Shown: in pieces, positions 1-9,516 of the stretch
Layout: each line of letters begins with the position of its first letter
Position numbering within the stretch: position 1 is the first letter of the stretch
Origin: a virus
Lineage: Duplodnaviria > Caudoviricetes
Direction: 5' to 3' (one strand)
Length of the DNA: 64,000 nucleotides
IMG/VR virus record: IMGVR_UViG_3300037067_017823
Span: 1 to 64,000 of that record
Notes under the pieces: generated by a model
Databases searched by the model: none
What the model saw: only the letters and a program-made list of their open reading frames with translations
Told to the model about the DNA's origin: nothing
Position numbers and translations under genes: made by a program

Positions 1-174
1 AGTTGCAACATCTAGCTGTTCGTCATAGTAATCAAGATCAGTTGCGATATCGTCATAATAACTATTTGGAAACATATATTCCTTAAGTTGATCTTTTGTT
101 TTGATGCTTTTATCAATTGCAATAATAAATGACGATGAACTACTGTTTGATACGAACGATGTTCTTATTTTCAT
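1..174 (-). CDS. Hypothetical phage protein of the 'MKIRxxFVSNSSSSSF' family (runs off window start)
   Basis: Not in the ORF track. ATG at 174 reads MKIRTSFVSNSSSSSFIIAIDKSIKTKDQLKEYMF..., open to base 1, with a purine-rich RBS upstream. Confidence 0.8.
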   Translation of the reverse strand, partial: MKIRTSFVSNSSSSSFIIAIDKSIKTKDQLKEYMFPNSYYDDIATDLDYYDEQLDVAT

Positions 175-221
175 TTATACTCTCTCCTTTTTAGAAACTG
201 TTACACCAAAATTTTGTTTCT

Positions 222-608
222 TCATCTCTTTGATTTTTCTAGCTTTTCAATTTCAAAAGACATTTCTTCATATTCATCTTCCCACTCATGAGAAGGAGCT
301 TTTATGTGAATAAGTGTTTCATCATCAGAACAAAGAAGTGAAATACCTTTTAGTTTTTGAAGATCAGCGCTATTTCTTTCCGCATATTTTGGTACTTTTG
401 CCGACTCAATTTTCACAACTTTTGCGCAAAGAAGAAGTTCTTCAAGTCTCTTCTGATTTTCTACTGTATTCTTTTTCTCAATGCACCTATGACATTCATA
501 GTGATCATTATGAGGTTTTGTATTGGAGCTTTGCTCAATATTACATTCTGGACAGTTCCAAAGATAAACTATTTTTTGAACTTCACGTACTGTAACATCG
601 TATTTCAT
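222..608 (-). CDS. Hypothetical protein with Zn-ribbon (CPEC...CHRC)
   Basis: 128 aa ORF with two CxxC pairs, in a tightly packed minus-strand run. Confidence 0.65.
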   Translation of the reverse strand: MKYDVTVREVQKIVYLWNCPECNIEQSSNTKPHNDHYECHRCIEKKNTVENQKRLEELLLCAKVVKIESAKVPKYAERNSADLQKLKGISLLCSDDETLIHIKAPSHEWEDEYEEMSFEIEKLEKSKR

Positions 609-620
609 TATGCTACTCCC

Positions 621-827
621 TTAGCTCCATATATTTTGTTTATTGTATTCTATTGCGCGTTCTCTTGCTTCCTGTTGCTCTTCTAAATTCATGTCTTTCC
701 AGAGATTACACATAAACTCTTGTATTTTTTTGGCATGCCTTTTATCGTTCGTTTTTGTAAGTTCTTTTTCCATCATCTTATATAATTCGTAAACTGTAGT
801 CTTTCCCGGTATTATATTATTCATCAT
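621..827 (-). CDS. Hypothetical protein
   Basis: 68 aa; start overlaps the stop of the upstream gene. Confidence 0.6.
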   Translation of the reverse strand: MMNNIIPGKTTVYELYKMMEKELTKTNDKRHAKKIQEFMCNLWKDMNLEEQQEARERAIEYNKQNIWS

Positions 828-1015
828 TTTGTTATCTCAACAATTGCGCCAATAAAGAAAACAATAATAGACGCAGGGATTAACATAAAATAGAGTTCTT
901 CATTTTCCGTCAACCACATTAGAAAACCACAAATTATACATCCAATGAGAATACCAAAAAGAACGACTGTCATCACATATTTCTCTTTTCGGCAGTTACG
1001 AATACTGAAGGACAA
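824..1015 (-). CDS. Small membrane protein (two predicted TM helices)
   Basis: VVLFGILIGCIICGFLMWL and LYFMLIPASIIVFFIGAIV hydrophobic stretches; true start probably the internal MTVV. Confidence 0.65.
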   Translation of the reverse strand: MSFSIRNCRKEKYVMTVVLFGILIGCIICGFLMWLTENEELYFMLIPASIIVFFIGAIVEITK

Positions 1016-1692
1016 TTGAGAGTTTTACTTGGATCGCTGTTATCAAATGCATAATCATTTCTTATTTTGTTTTGAAGATTTTGTAGCCATTCACCACTCG
1101 GAACAATAAGACCAGACGGCATGATGTTTCCACCACTAGAAGAACTCTCTTTGAAATCGACATCCGTTAAAATAATGTGCTTTAAAGCATCAAAAGCTTC
1201 AATAGTTGAGAATTGTTGATTGTTATTGTTGAATTCAAGCAGTTTGTTCATACAATGATTGTGAAGACTATACCCGAGATGTTTATCGATTGTATATCCT
1301 TCTCCGACAAATTGTGGATCTTCTTTTGTGAATTCATACTCACATAAACTACATCTTTTTTCGGCATCTCTCTTTTTTCCACAATCAACGACACCCTTAC
1401 AGATCCATATAAGATCACTATCTAAATCTTTTTTCTCATATTCTCTCATTGCTATTCTGCATATTTCTCTTACTGCTTCATCATATTCTCTAAATTTTCC
1501 ATCAAGACACACTGAAGGATACCAATCATTTAAACGACAAGAAAGAAAACCATATATTTTTAGAGCTTCTCTTGGATGAAGACAGTCAGTCACACCGCTT
1601 ACAGATTCATGAAGAGTCGCAGCGCAGTCGACAAGACGAAATTGATATCGATTTATTCGCTCATAAAAAATGTCATATTCAACACTAGGCAT
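973..1692 (-). CDS. Cys/His-rich hypothetical protein with a treble-clef-like module
   Basis: CSLCEY...LHNHC module resembles those in the 958-aa protein; TAATG coupling with the upstream ORF. Confidence 0.65.
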   Translation of the reverse strand: MPSVEYDIFYERINRYQFRLVDCAATLHESVSGVTDCLHPREALKIYGFLSCRLNDWYPSVCLDGKFREYDEAVREICRIAMREYEKKDLDSDLIWICKGVVDCGKKRDAEKRCSLCEYEFTKEDPQFVGEGYTIDKHLGYSLHNHCMNKLLEFNNNNQQFSTIEAFDALKHIILTDVDFKESSSSGGNIMPSGLIVPSGEWLQNLQNKIRNDYAFDNSDPSKTLNCPSVFVTAEKRNM

Positions 1693-1868
1693 TATTTTTC
1701 ATCCCAGTATTCGTTTTCCATATCTGTTCCTACTTCCAACCACCTGCCGAACAGCTCATACCATTTAGGAAAAGACATTCCTTCTTTATAGAAGCTAAGA
1801 TTGTTCATATTAGAAACAAATGCATCAATTGTTGTAGTTATTTCTTTACGGAATTCTTCTACTGTCAT
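1692..1868 (-). CDS. Hypothetical protein (58 aa)
   Basis: Not in track. MTVEEFRKEITTTIDAFVSNMNNLSFYKEGMSFPKWYELFGRWLEVGTDMENEYWDEK fills the gap; its TAA overlaps the next ATG. Confidence 0.7.
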   Translation of the reverse strand: MTVEEFRKEITTTIDAFVSNMNNLSFYKEGMSFPKWYELFGRWLEVGTDMENEYWDEK

Positions 1869-2175
1869 TTAATTTCTTCTTTGTTTGTCTATCTTTGTGA
1901 AATGCCTCGAATGATCTATTCATCCACTTCGGAAGTTTGTCTGCTTCAATGGCAACTGCAGCAACAAAATCAGTTATAGCTTTTCTTTGACTTCGATTTG
2001 ATGCGATTACATCATGCTCTGCCATTCTGTTTGCTATTTCTAAAACCTGACCTATAGAGTTTAACGAAAGAAACAATGATTCAAAATCAAATAAAAACTC
2101 ATTCATTGTTTCGCGATTCTTCTTATTTAACCGAAGAGTCCGTGCCCATTGATCATAAAAAGCCAGAGATTTCAT
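1846..2175 (-). CDS. Hypothetical protein
   Basis: 109 aa; ATGA overlap with the upstream ORF and AGGAAGAGGG RBS. Confidence 0.65.
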   Translation of the reverse strand: MKSLAFYDQWARTLRLNKKNRETMNEFLFDFESLFLSLNSIGQVLEIANRMAEHDVIASNRSQRKAITDFVAAVAIEADKLPKWMNRSFEAFHKDRQTKKKLNDSRRIP

Positions 2176-2345
2176 ATTTCCCTCTTCCTTACAGAAATTG
2201 CTTGTCGAAAATATTCAAGTGCTTTTAATTTTTCACATGAACCATTAATATCGCCATGTAGCTCCTCTATTACAAGAATTTCTTCGGATTTTTTAAGTCC
2301 AAGCTCATCAACTAATATCAAAGCCTCGTCAAGAGAAGTAATCAT
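2172..2345 (-). CDS. Hypothetical protein (57 aa)
   Basis: Not in track. MITSLDEALILVDELGLKKSEEIL...; ATGA overlaps at both ends. Confidence 0.7.
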   Translation of the reverse strand: MITSLDEALILVDELGLKKSEEILVIEELHGDINGSCEKLKALEYFRQAISVRKREI

Positions 2346-5218
2346 GATATTTTCAAATCCCCTGTTCCGAGAAGTTTTATCTCGTTTGTTGGCTTCTTTT
2401 TTTCTGTTTTCCTATCCTTTATTACTATCTCTTTGTTATTTCCCTGTCTTTTTGTCCACTGTTCAAATTCATGCTCAAACTTATAATGTGCCGCAGCAAT
2501 AATAATTCGGCCCTTTTCATAATCATCTTTACCATCACTACCGGCACCAATAGCATTAACGTCGATATATTTTAAATGATTCTCATGAACTCTACAAGCA
2601 ATTTTAAATCCATAAGGTGTTTCGATAATTTTCTTTTCTTTATTACACGCCATATTACAAATTACACAAGAATCTGGATTGTCAACAGCAATACTATTAT
2701 AGAATGAAATAGGATCTTTTCTGTCTTTTGTTCGTTCGAAATAGTCTCCTGTATATTTTTCTTTTTTGATTACAGTGCGAGCACACTTTGTATCGAAATA
2801 TTCTTTCTTTGCCGCCATCAAGATTTCTCGTGCTGTTTTCTCCGTCGATGCCTCGTTTTTCTTTGAAAGTTCCATATCATCTCTAGCCCATTTTATATAT
2901 TCGCCACATTTTGTGTGGCAGTCTGTTTCAAGAAGAATTGATGAGTGGCTGAGGGCAAATCTCATTGGTACCGAATCTGGTAGATTATCATCACATATGG
3001 AACAATGTTTGTTGCCATCTGCGAAATTCATGGCATTTGAAAACACTTTATTTCCACTTGGATCCCTGTATTCCTCAAAACAGTCGTCAAAGTGCTTTTC
3101 TAACCATTTTCTTCTATCATCAAAAGTAATAGAAGCTTCATGATCCTCTGGTTTTGCAAAAATTAGTGACTTCTTTATTTCTTGAATCGCTTTTTCGTTT
3201 GTCCATGTCTTTGGACAACATTCATAGAGTGTCGCACAATAAACACAAAGAGGATATTTCTCGTTATAGATAACCACATCTTTTTCACTCGAACAAACAC
3301 AACATGAATATTCTTGTCTTAAAAAATATTCACGAGCATCATAACGTGGAGTTATCGGATGATTTATAGAATATCTTAATGATTCTTTTAGTTTTTTGTC
3401 TAGACACTCTTCATCAAAGCGCATATATTTTGCAGAGATAAATTGTTTGAGATTTCTACATTCGTCACAATATTGAAGATGCGTACTATGTGTTTCTCGA
3501 TCACAAATCTTGCATTTATTAAGTTTCGGAACTTCGATTCCACAATCTTGACACTTCTTAACAAACATTATCTCATTTTCAAGCATCTGCTCTCTTTGCT
3601 TTTCAAATTGATCATCAGCTTTTCCGAGAACAACTTTTAAGAGAGTATTTCGAATTCTAGCATCAATTTCAAAAGCAATATCTGTTGGCGACAATCCATC
3701 AATACGAGCTATACAGAATGCTTTCCGCGCTTGATAAATAGAAAAATCGTAATCAAAAGTCTTATAATACTTGATGATGTAGTTAACAAAAGAAAGAGAT
3801 TCAGTTAGGTCTTTTGAGACAGTTTCAATGTTTGATCCAATAGGATAATAGGAAATGAGATCGAGACACTCTTGACAAAATCTCTTACCATTTGCGTGCA
3901 AAAGAAAAGTCGGAGATTCGATCTTAAAGTTTTTTACATATTCACTTTGTTTTTCAAACGCAAGCTTTCTTCGCCCGCACTTTGCATCACACTCATCACT
4001 ATAAATCTTGTCCGCTGGTTCTGTTACAAACGAAACTAAATCTTTCATTTTTGTGAATCCATCCTTTGTGAGGATCTTATGATCTCCAGTAAAACACATT
4101 GCATCTTCATGTTTTATTTCTTTTAAAATACAAACCTTCATTTTCACAAAATGTTCCCGCCACTCATATTCAGTAACTACGTTACTCCTAGAAAGAATAA
4201 GCATTCTCCCTGCCCACTCAATAGAACCTTGAAGAGCATCAACAATGTGATTTTCTTCAGTTTTTAGCGGAAAATAACAAGCGAGAGAATGACACTCAGT
4301 ACAAAGATGCATTTTGTTCAAAGTATACTCGATGTAATTGAGACTGAGAGCGTTCTGTCTCTTTATATTGTTTCCACAAATGTCACACTTTGTTTCATCG
4401 TCAATATAGGCAATTGATAAAATGTTATCTGCTGCTCTTGCTTTTTTGAAAGAATCTACTACTTCTTCGTTACTTAATCTTGATGAATGAGCAGATATGC
4501 TGATATTCTCAACAGGGGCACACAAATATTCATTTACAAACAAATTTTTATTCTGTTTCTTTTGCCATTTTTCAATTGCTTCGTCCCGCACTCCTTTTGA
4601 AATAAAATCCCCATTCTTGTTGAGATGTGCCGGGTGCGGTGTAGAAACAAAGAAAGTATCCCCACCAGCGAACTTAAGAGATAGAATCAATTTTTCATCT
4701 TTGGGAATATTAAGTTCATCAAGAATTTGAAGATCACTTATTATCGTTCCATCTTGTCGAATAAGTTCCCAGTGTTCTTTTGGGCGAAGCGTATTTCGAG
4801 ACTCATAAAGAATGTGATGTTTTAATTCAAGAGCGGTTTCATTTCCGATAGCACTGAATGTATATTCTTCACCATTTACAAGAACGACAAGAGTTTTATC
4901 ACACATGAAAGCGACGAATTTTCTAAGATAGTCTATTGTTTTCTGCTGTGTTATGTTTTTCCAGCGCGTATCGTGTGCTTTGTTAATAATTGATAATGCT
5001 GTCTCTCTTGTTTTTGGCGCTTGTTCGAAGAAACTCTTGCCACAATGCGTGACACTATGAATAAAATGCACACAGTTTAAATGGACAAAACATTGATATC
5101 CTTCAAAGAAGTTGTAAAGTTCGTATGTAAGAGTAGGCGAAATATTCTCTTCTTCTGTAAATCTTTCGTCACATATCACACAATGCTCTTTATCACCTAT
5201 CAGATTTGTTTCAGTCAT
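2342..5218 (-). CDS. 958-aa mosaic protein: about 7 CxxC...(C/H)xxC Zn-finger repeats, internal ubiquitin-like domain, intein N-terminal motif
   Basis: Repeated CxxC modules; aa ~107-186 LVVLVNGEEY...EHWELIRQDG...LILSLKFAGG; aa 375-394 CFTGDHKILTKDGFTKMKDL. Confidence 0.75.
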   Translation of the reverse strand: MTETNLIGDKEHCVICDERFTEEENISPTLTYELYNFFEGYQCFVHLNCVHFIHSVTHCGKSFFEQAPKTRETALSIINKAHDTRWKNITQQKTIDYLRKFVAFMCDKTLVVLVNGEEYTFSAIGNETALELKHHILYESRNTLRPKEHWELIRQDGTIISDLQILDELNIPKDEKLILSLKFAGGDTFFVSTPHPAHLNKNGDFISKGVRDEAIEKWQKKQNKNLFVNEYLCAPVENISISAHSSRLSNEEVVDSFKKARAADNILSIAYIDDETKCDICGNNIKRQNALSLNYIEYTLNKMHLCTECHSLACYFPLKTEENHIVDALQGSIEWAGRMLILSRSNVVTEYEWREHFVKMKVCILKEIKHEDAMCFTGDHKILTKDGFTKMKDLVSFVTEPADKIYSDECDAKCGRRKLAFEKQSEYVKNFKIESPTFLLHANGKRFCQECLDLISYYPIGSNIETVSKDLTESLSFVNYIIKYYKTFDYDFSIYQARKAFCIARIDGLSPTDIAFEIDARIRNTLLKVVLGKADDQFEKQREQMLENEIMFVKKCQDCGIEVPKLNKCKICDRETHSTHLQYCDECRNLKQFISAKYMRFDEECLDKKLKESLRYSINHPITPRYDAREYFLRQEYSCCVCSSEKDVVIYNEKYPLCVYCATLYECCPKTWTNEKAIQEIKKSLIFAKPEDHEASITFDDRRKWLEKHFDDCFEEYRDPSGNKVFSNAMNFADGNKHCSICDDNLPDSVPMRFALSHSSILLETDCHTKCGEYIKWARDDMELSKKNEASTEKTAREILMAAKKEYFDTKCARTVIKKEKYTGDYFERTKDRKDPISFYNSIAVDNPDSCVICNMACNKEKKIIETPYGFKIACRVHENHLKYIDVNAIGAGSDGKDDYEKGRIIIAAAHYKFEHEFEQWTKRQGNNKEIVIKDRKTEKKKPTNEIKLLGTGDLKIS

Positions 5219-5228
5219 TTCCCACCAC

Positions 5229-5453
5229 TTATTTTACTTTCTCTGGGTTTTTACAAACCTCATCGATAATATCAAGAAGACTTTGCCCATAAAACTCTTT
5301 CCACATCCGTAGCTGATCGCTCTTGTCAAGGTTTCTTAAGAAAGCATTTTCTGAAAAATCACGTTTTGCCTCATCAATAAAGTGAACAACGCGAGAAGTT
5401 ATGATATTTCCCTCTTCATCGAAGATCCACGAAATCTTTTCGTTATTATCCAT
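5229..5453 (-). CDS. Hypothetical protein
   Basis: Probable start MDNNEK at 5453 after AAGGAGGG RBS (track starts at GTG 5495); TATAAT at 5496-5501. Confidence 0.65.
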   Translation of the reverse strand: MDNNEKISWIFDEEGNIITSRVVHFIDEAKRDFSENAFLRNLDKSDQLRMWKEFYGQSLLDIIDEVCKNPEKVK

Positions 5454-5522
5454 TTTGCTTCCCTCCTTGTCTTCGTTTGAAGAATGATATTGCACATTAT
5501 ATTAGTAGAAAAATAAAGAAAA

Positions 5523-6455
5523 TCAAAAGATCATCATTACTATTTTTTCTAAATTTTTTCCGAAATGTGAAGAATTTATTATGGTTTCTACTTCATACTT
5601 CTTGTACTTAACCAATGTATCGTCTGTAACAAAAACCATTTTTGGGCATTTATATTTTTCTATACAAACATCAATCCATTCGTCACAACTTAGATCTTTA
5701 TCTAAACACTTTCCGTCTGAGTCAAAATTCCACTGTTCTGTTAATCGATATGGTGAACACGTGAACAAAGCTGGTCTGTTTAATTCCATATCTTTAAAAA
5801 TATCTTGAACTTTGACTTTAGCATTCAAATTGAGTTCGTCTATAATTTTTTGACTTTCTTGAATATGCTTAGCATTTAAGTCTTGACCAATATAATATTT
5901 TTCACACGCACACGTAGCAAGTAGCCTCCCACTGGATCCACTAAAAGGATCAAAAATTTCTTTTTCTTCTGAAAGATATTTATCGATGATATATTTACCG
6001 AGCTTAGGCTTAAAATAAGAAACTCTATTTGCTAGATACATTGAATTCATTCCTATCACATAAATAAACATAGGAACTTCACCTCTCCAGAGCATTTTAT
6101 TTTTTTCTTCAGATTCTTTAAAATAATCGCTTCTCATATACCGGTTTTTCAAAAACTTTTTAAACAATTCTGGATCGGTCTGAAGTTTTTTCCACATAGT
6201 TACTGGAGAGTCGCTGTCTTTTTTGTTCGCTTCAACAAGTGACTTATGATAATAAGGAATGATGTTACTACTAGTTCTAGAATTGGGTTTTTGTGTTGTA
6301 TATGTTTTTAGGTTCTTAAATTCATTTTTACACTGTTCGAGTGTTATTGGTTTCTCTTTTTGAGAAGGGAGTTCTTTTTCAGCCTTGACTCTTTCCCATT
6401 CTCTTTCCCAATACTGTTCTACTAACTTGTCTGCTTCTTCTTTTGTACAGTTCAT
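5523..6455 (-). CDS. Putative amino (N4-C/N6-A) DNA methyltransferase
   Basis: SAM-binding-like motif IFDPFSGSSGRLLA, YIGQDLN, and catalytic-like LFTCSPY (SPPY variant). Confidence 0.7.
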   Translation of the reverse strand: MNCTKEEADKLVEQYWEREWERVKAEKELPSQKEKPITLEQCKNEFKNLKTYTTQKPNSRTSSNIIPYYHKSLVEANKKDSDSPVTMWKKLQTDPELFKKFLKNRYMRSDYFKESEEKNKMLWRGEVPMFIYVIGMNSMYLANRVSYFKPKLGKYIIDKYLSEEKEIFDPFSGSSGRLLATCACEKYYIGQDLNAKHIQESQKIIDELNLNAKVKVQDIFKDMELNRPALFTCSPYRLTEQWNFDSDGKCLDKDLSCDEWIDVCIEKYKCPKMVFVTDDTLVKYKKYEVETIINSSHFGKNLEKIVMMIF

Positions 6456-6465
6456 TGTTTGTCTC

Positions 6466-7485
6466 TTAATAGTGAGTCAGGTTGTATTCTCTTTGCTCTT
6501 GAGTTAAATGTGGTCCAAAGAAAACATAATCAGCTGAATCGTGTCCTTTCCATAATTTTTCCCATAATCTTGATTCTAGTTCTCGAGTTAGTTCAACTAA
6601 TCCAATTTTGTTCAAAATCAATCCGTGCATAGCACACTTTCTGCATGTATAACAATTGTGTGTAGGTAACTTTACTCCATATTTTTCTGAATTAATTTTG
6701 TGCCAATAATTGACGAACTTACCAGGCGAAACACAAGAATAATAATGTTCGAGCGCTTTATATTTATTCAACAAATTGAGTCTTTCTGCTTTATCGCCTT
6801 CACATTTTATTTCTTTGAATTGAAGATTTTTAAAAACTGAGTAACATCCGCTTAAAAATGTTTCAAGAGTCTGTTTAGCATCAGTAAGATTCACTCCAAG
6901 CATAACGTTTTTAATATCTAAAGATAAATCATCTCCAAGACTGATTATATTATAGCCTTTTTCTAAACAAAAATCAATCATCAAAGAAATAATGAATTGA
7001 TTCTTTATTGGATTTTCGTGCCAAAATTGTTTATATTGCTCTGTCTTTTTTATCACCTTTGATATTTTTACAAACTCTATAGAAAAATTAAATTTCTCAG
7101 AAAACTCTTTAGCTACTTTGTCAGCTTGATAATTTTCATAAGTATTTATTCCAGAACAATAAAACAAGATCACATTGTATCCTTCTTCTTTAAGTTTAAG
7201 AGCTTGATATGTTGAATCGAGACCTCCAGAATAACCTAATACAACAACTGTGTTATTTTGCTGTTGTAACTCTTTTCTTTCTATAAATGAAGTATTAAAT
7301 GCTATGTAGTTTTGCGAATGGAAATTATATATTGTGTCAAGAAAATTTTTAAAAACTTGATCGAAAACTATTTCTTTGTCGAAATGTTCTTTATTGAAGT
7401 TAGAATAAAGTTTTCCAATCTCTTTAGAAAAATAAAGCGGAAAATCACATTTTACTTTTCCAAAATCAAAATTAGTCGAAATCAT
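6466..7485 (-). CDS. QueC-like PP-loop ATPase with N-terminal extension
   Basis: VVVLGYSGGLDS PP-loop; YYSC...NCYTCRKC Zn site. Start at ATG 7485 after GGAGA (track starts upstream at 7545). Confidence 0.7.
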   Translation of the reverse strand: MISTNFDFGKVKCDFPLYFSKEIGKLYSNFNKEHFDKEIVFDQVFKNFLDTIYNFHSQNYIAFNTSFIERKELQQQNNTVVVLGYSGGLDSTYQALKLKEEGYNVILFYCSGINTYENYQADKVAKEFSEKFNFSIEFVKISKVIKKTEQYKQFWHENPIKNQFIISLMIDFCLEKGYNIISLGDDLSLDIKNVMLGVNLTDAKQTLETFLSGCYSVFKNLQFKEIKCEGDKAERLNLLNKYKALEHYYSCVSPGKFVNYWHKINSEKYGVKLPTHNCYTCRKCAMHGLILNKIGLVELTRELESRLWEKLWKGHDSADYVFFGPHLTQEQREYNLTHY

Positions 7486-8554
7486 TGCAGCTTTCTCCAA
7501 AATATTTTTTAGGATTGAGAGGATACATAGTATCTTTATTTGCAAGTAGTATTGACTTTATTCTATTTTTTATTGTCTTTTTATTCAAATCTAAACCAAT
7601 TGATGTGAGTTCAGAATAATCTGCAAGAATATAACTATATCCATTATCATTGCACCAATTGATAGCAGCTTCTCTTTTGAGAGACGTGTTTTCGTCGAAA
7701 TAACCTTTTGTTTCTATAATTTCTCTCGATAGTGGTAAAATAAAATCTGGATTATATAAAGCCCAATTACTGTTTTCATTTACATAACCTATAGATATTG
7801 TACTTCTTTCATATTGAATATTCATAGCATAACACCATCTCATAAATAAAAATTCCCAAGAACTATCACAGTATTCCCAGTTATTAGAAAACGGATTTTT
7901 TATTTTGCATTTAAAAGTATATTGTAAGTTTGTACCATTTTTACTCTGTTGCTCAGATGCTATAATCGAAATTTTTCTTCTCCACTTTTCATATTTTTCT
8001 GGATTTGTTTCTTTAAGCTTTTCTACAATCTTAGATGGATCATTCGGAAGGTTTATTCCAGATTCCCATCTTTCTTTCAGACGAACAGATCTATTTTGTC
8101 TTTCGCTGTCTGAATCTGATGTTGTCCAAAAATTTTTTGAAGCTCTAATACGCTTAATTGTGTTTTCTTTCGTGTGTATTTGATCTAGTTTTTTTGTAAC
8201 TCCTTCGCGGACTTTTATCTTTAATGGACTTTCACCCACATAAAGTTCTTTAAGTGTATTTCTTATTCTTGTTTTTGTCTCTTGTGTATGTGGCTTTCTT
8301 GGAAAATGATTTTGACAATAGTCTCTAAACCATGGTCCACAAGATAAAGGTTTGAATGAGACACGTCTCCCACAGCCACATTTACAGACAGGATACTTAT
8401 TGTCATAATATAAAGCTACAATATATTGTTTAAAGTCCATATTATAGTTTTTTCTAATATGTTTAATCATTAATCGGTGTGTTTCAAACAAAGAATCATC
8501 TAGTTTGCATGTTCGCGATTCGAGTTCGGAAATAGTAAATGAATTAGAGTCCAT
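7472..8554 (-). mobile_element. Free-standing homing endonuclease-like gene (CxCGCG + NUMOD-like + PD-(D/E)xK/TnsA-N-like nuclease)
   Basis: PVCKCGCG, RKPHTQETKTRI, DSSWE...YNPDFIL...IIETKG. Likely ATG at 8554 (MDSNSF); 3' end overlaps the QueC-like start. Confidence 0.75.
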
Positions 8555-8658
8555 ATTATAAATATAACGGCAATCAAATAATAACACAAAGTTTTTTAAA
8601 AGAAATGAGTTTTATTTTTATGGCTTATGACGAGATACGGCAAACGCGTCTGACCCGA

Positions 8659-9504
8659 TTATCTCGTCATTATTGCTTCCAAAATTTTTGTTCGAATAAA
8701 TTCTTTATCATTCTTTTTGTTTTCCCAAATAACAACAACTTCATATCCTTTTTCTATAGCAAGTTCCTCATATTTTTTATCAATTGCTCGATTTCGATTT
8801 TGCCATGGTTTAAGTTGTTCTTTTGAATAGAGCAAAAGATCACCATGCCAATATGAACCATAACATTCAATGATTATTTTCTTATCTTTAATTCCAATAT
8901 CATACTTATGATTGATTCCCTCAACAAGATATTCAAAGATGATATTTTCAGTTCCTACAATTTCAGATACGATATCTATGACAATTTTTTCAAAGTTATT
9001 TGGACCTTTTTGTCGTCTCCAATGGGCTTGCCCTTCGAGCATTCTTTTCTTCACCTCAGAATTAGCTAGAGCTTCAGTTACAGAAGCTGACATCTTATCA
9101 TGATACTCTTGAGTTGAATAAAAACTTTTATTAGCATTTACATAAGATTTAGCATCTCTAGCTAAAGCGCCTGCTTTTGCATTTCTTATTCTAATTTCTT
9201 TAGGAACTTTTTTCATTGCTTCTTTGGTTGCTAAAGAAATCTTATCTCTCACTTCTTGTGGGAATTTTTTCCCTTTATGATGATGACCTTTTATTGTTTT
9301 ACAAAACTTATTTTTAAGAAAAGATACTTTTTCTCCGCAGCCACAGTCACAAAGAGGCCAAATTCCATTTAGTTCTTTTAATTTTTGTTCGCAAAGCCAG
9401 TTTTGATATTTTATTTTGTGAACAAGCGAAAAATGGCATGAAAGAGAATTTAAATCATAATATTCTTTTGTTGAGTTTTTACAATCTTCATGTGGACATT
9501 TCAT
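8659..9504 (-). mobile_element. Free-standing homing endonuclease-like gene (Zn finger + NUMOD3 + Vsr/DUF559-like nuclease)
   Basis: CPHEDC...HFSLVH, PLCDCGCG, KGKKFPQEVRDKIS, PNNFE...YDIGIKDKKIIIECYGSYWHG...GYEVVVIWE. Confidence 0.8.
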
Positions 9505-9507
9505 AAA

Positions 9508-9516
9508 TTAATTATA
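9508..9516 (-). promoter_or_regulatory. TATAATTAA box (putative -10/late promoter); also at 11327, 13550, 48353, 53655, with ATAATTAA at 14781, 27113, 34353
   Basis: Recurs at gene boundaries directly upstream of genes; I saw no properly spaced TTGACA. Confidence 0.5.

Noticed and set aside
6466-7485. Complete 7-deazaguanine (dpd/preQ0) modification cluster
   Set aside because: Only a QueC-like gene is visible; no FolE, QueD, QueE or DpdA motifs were found in the window.
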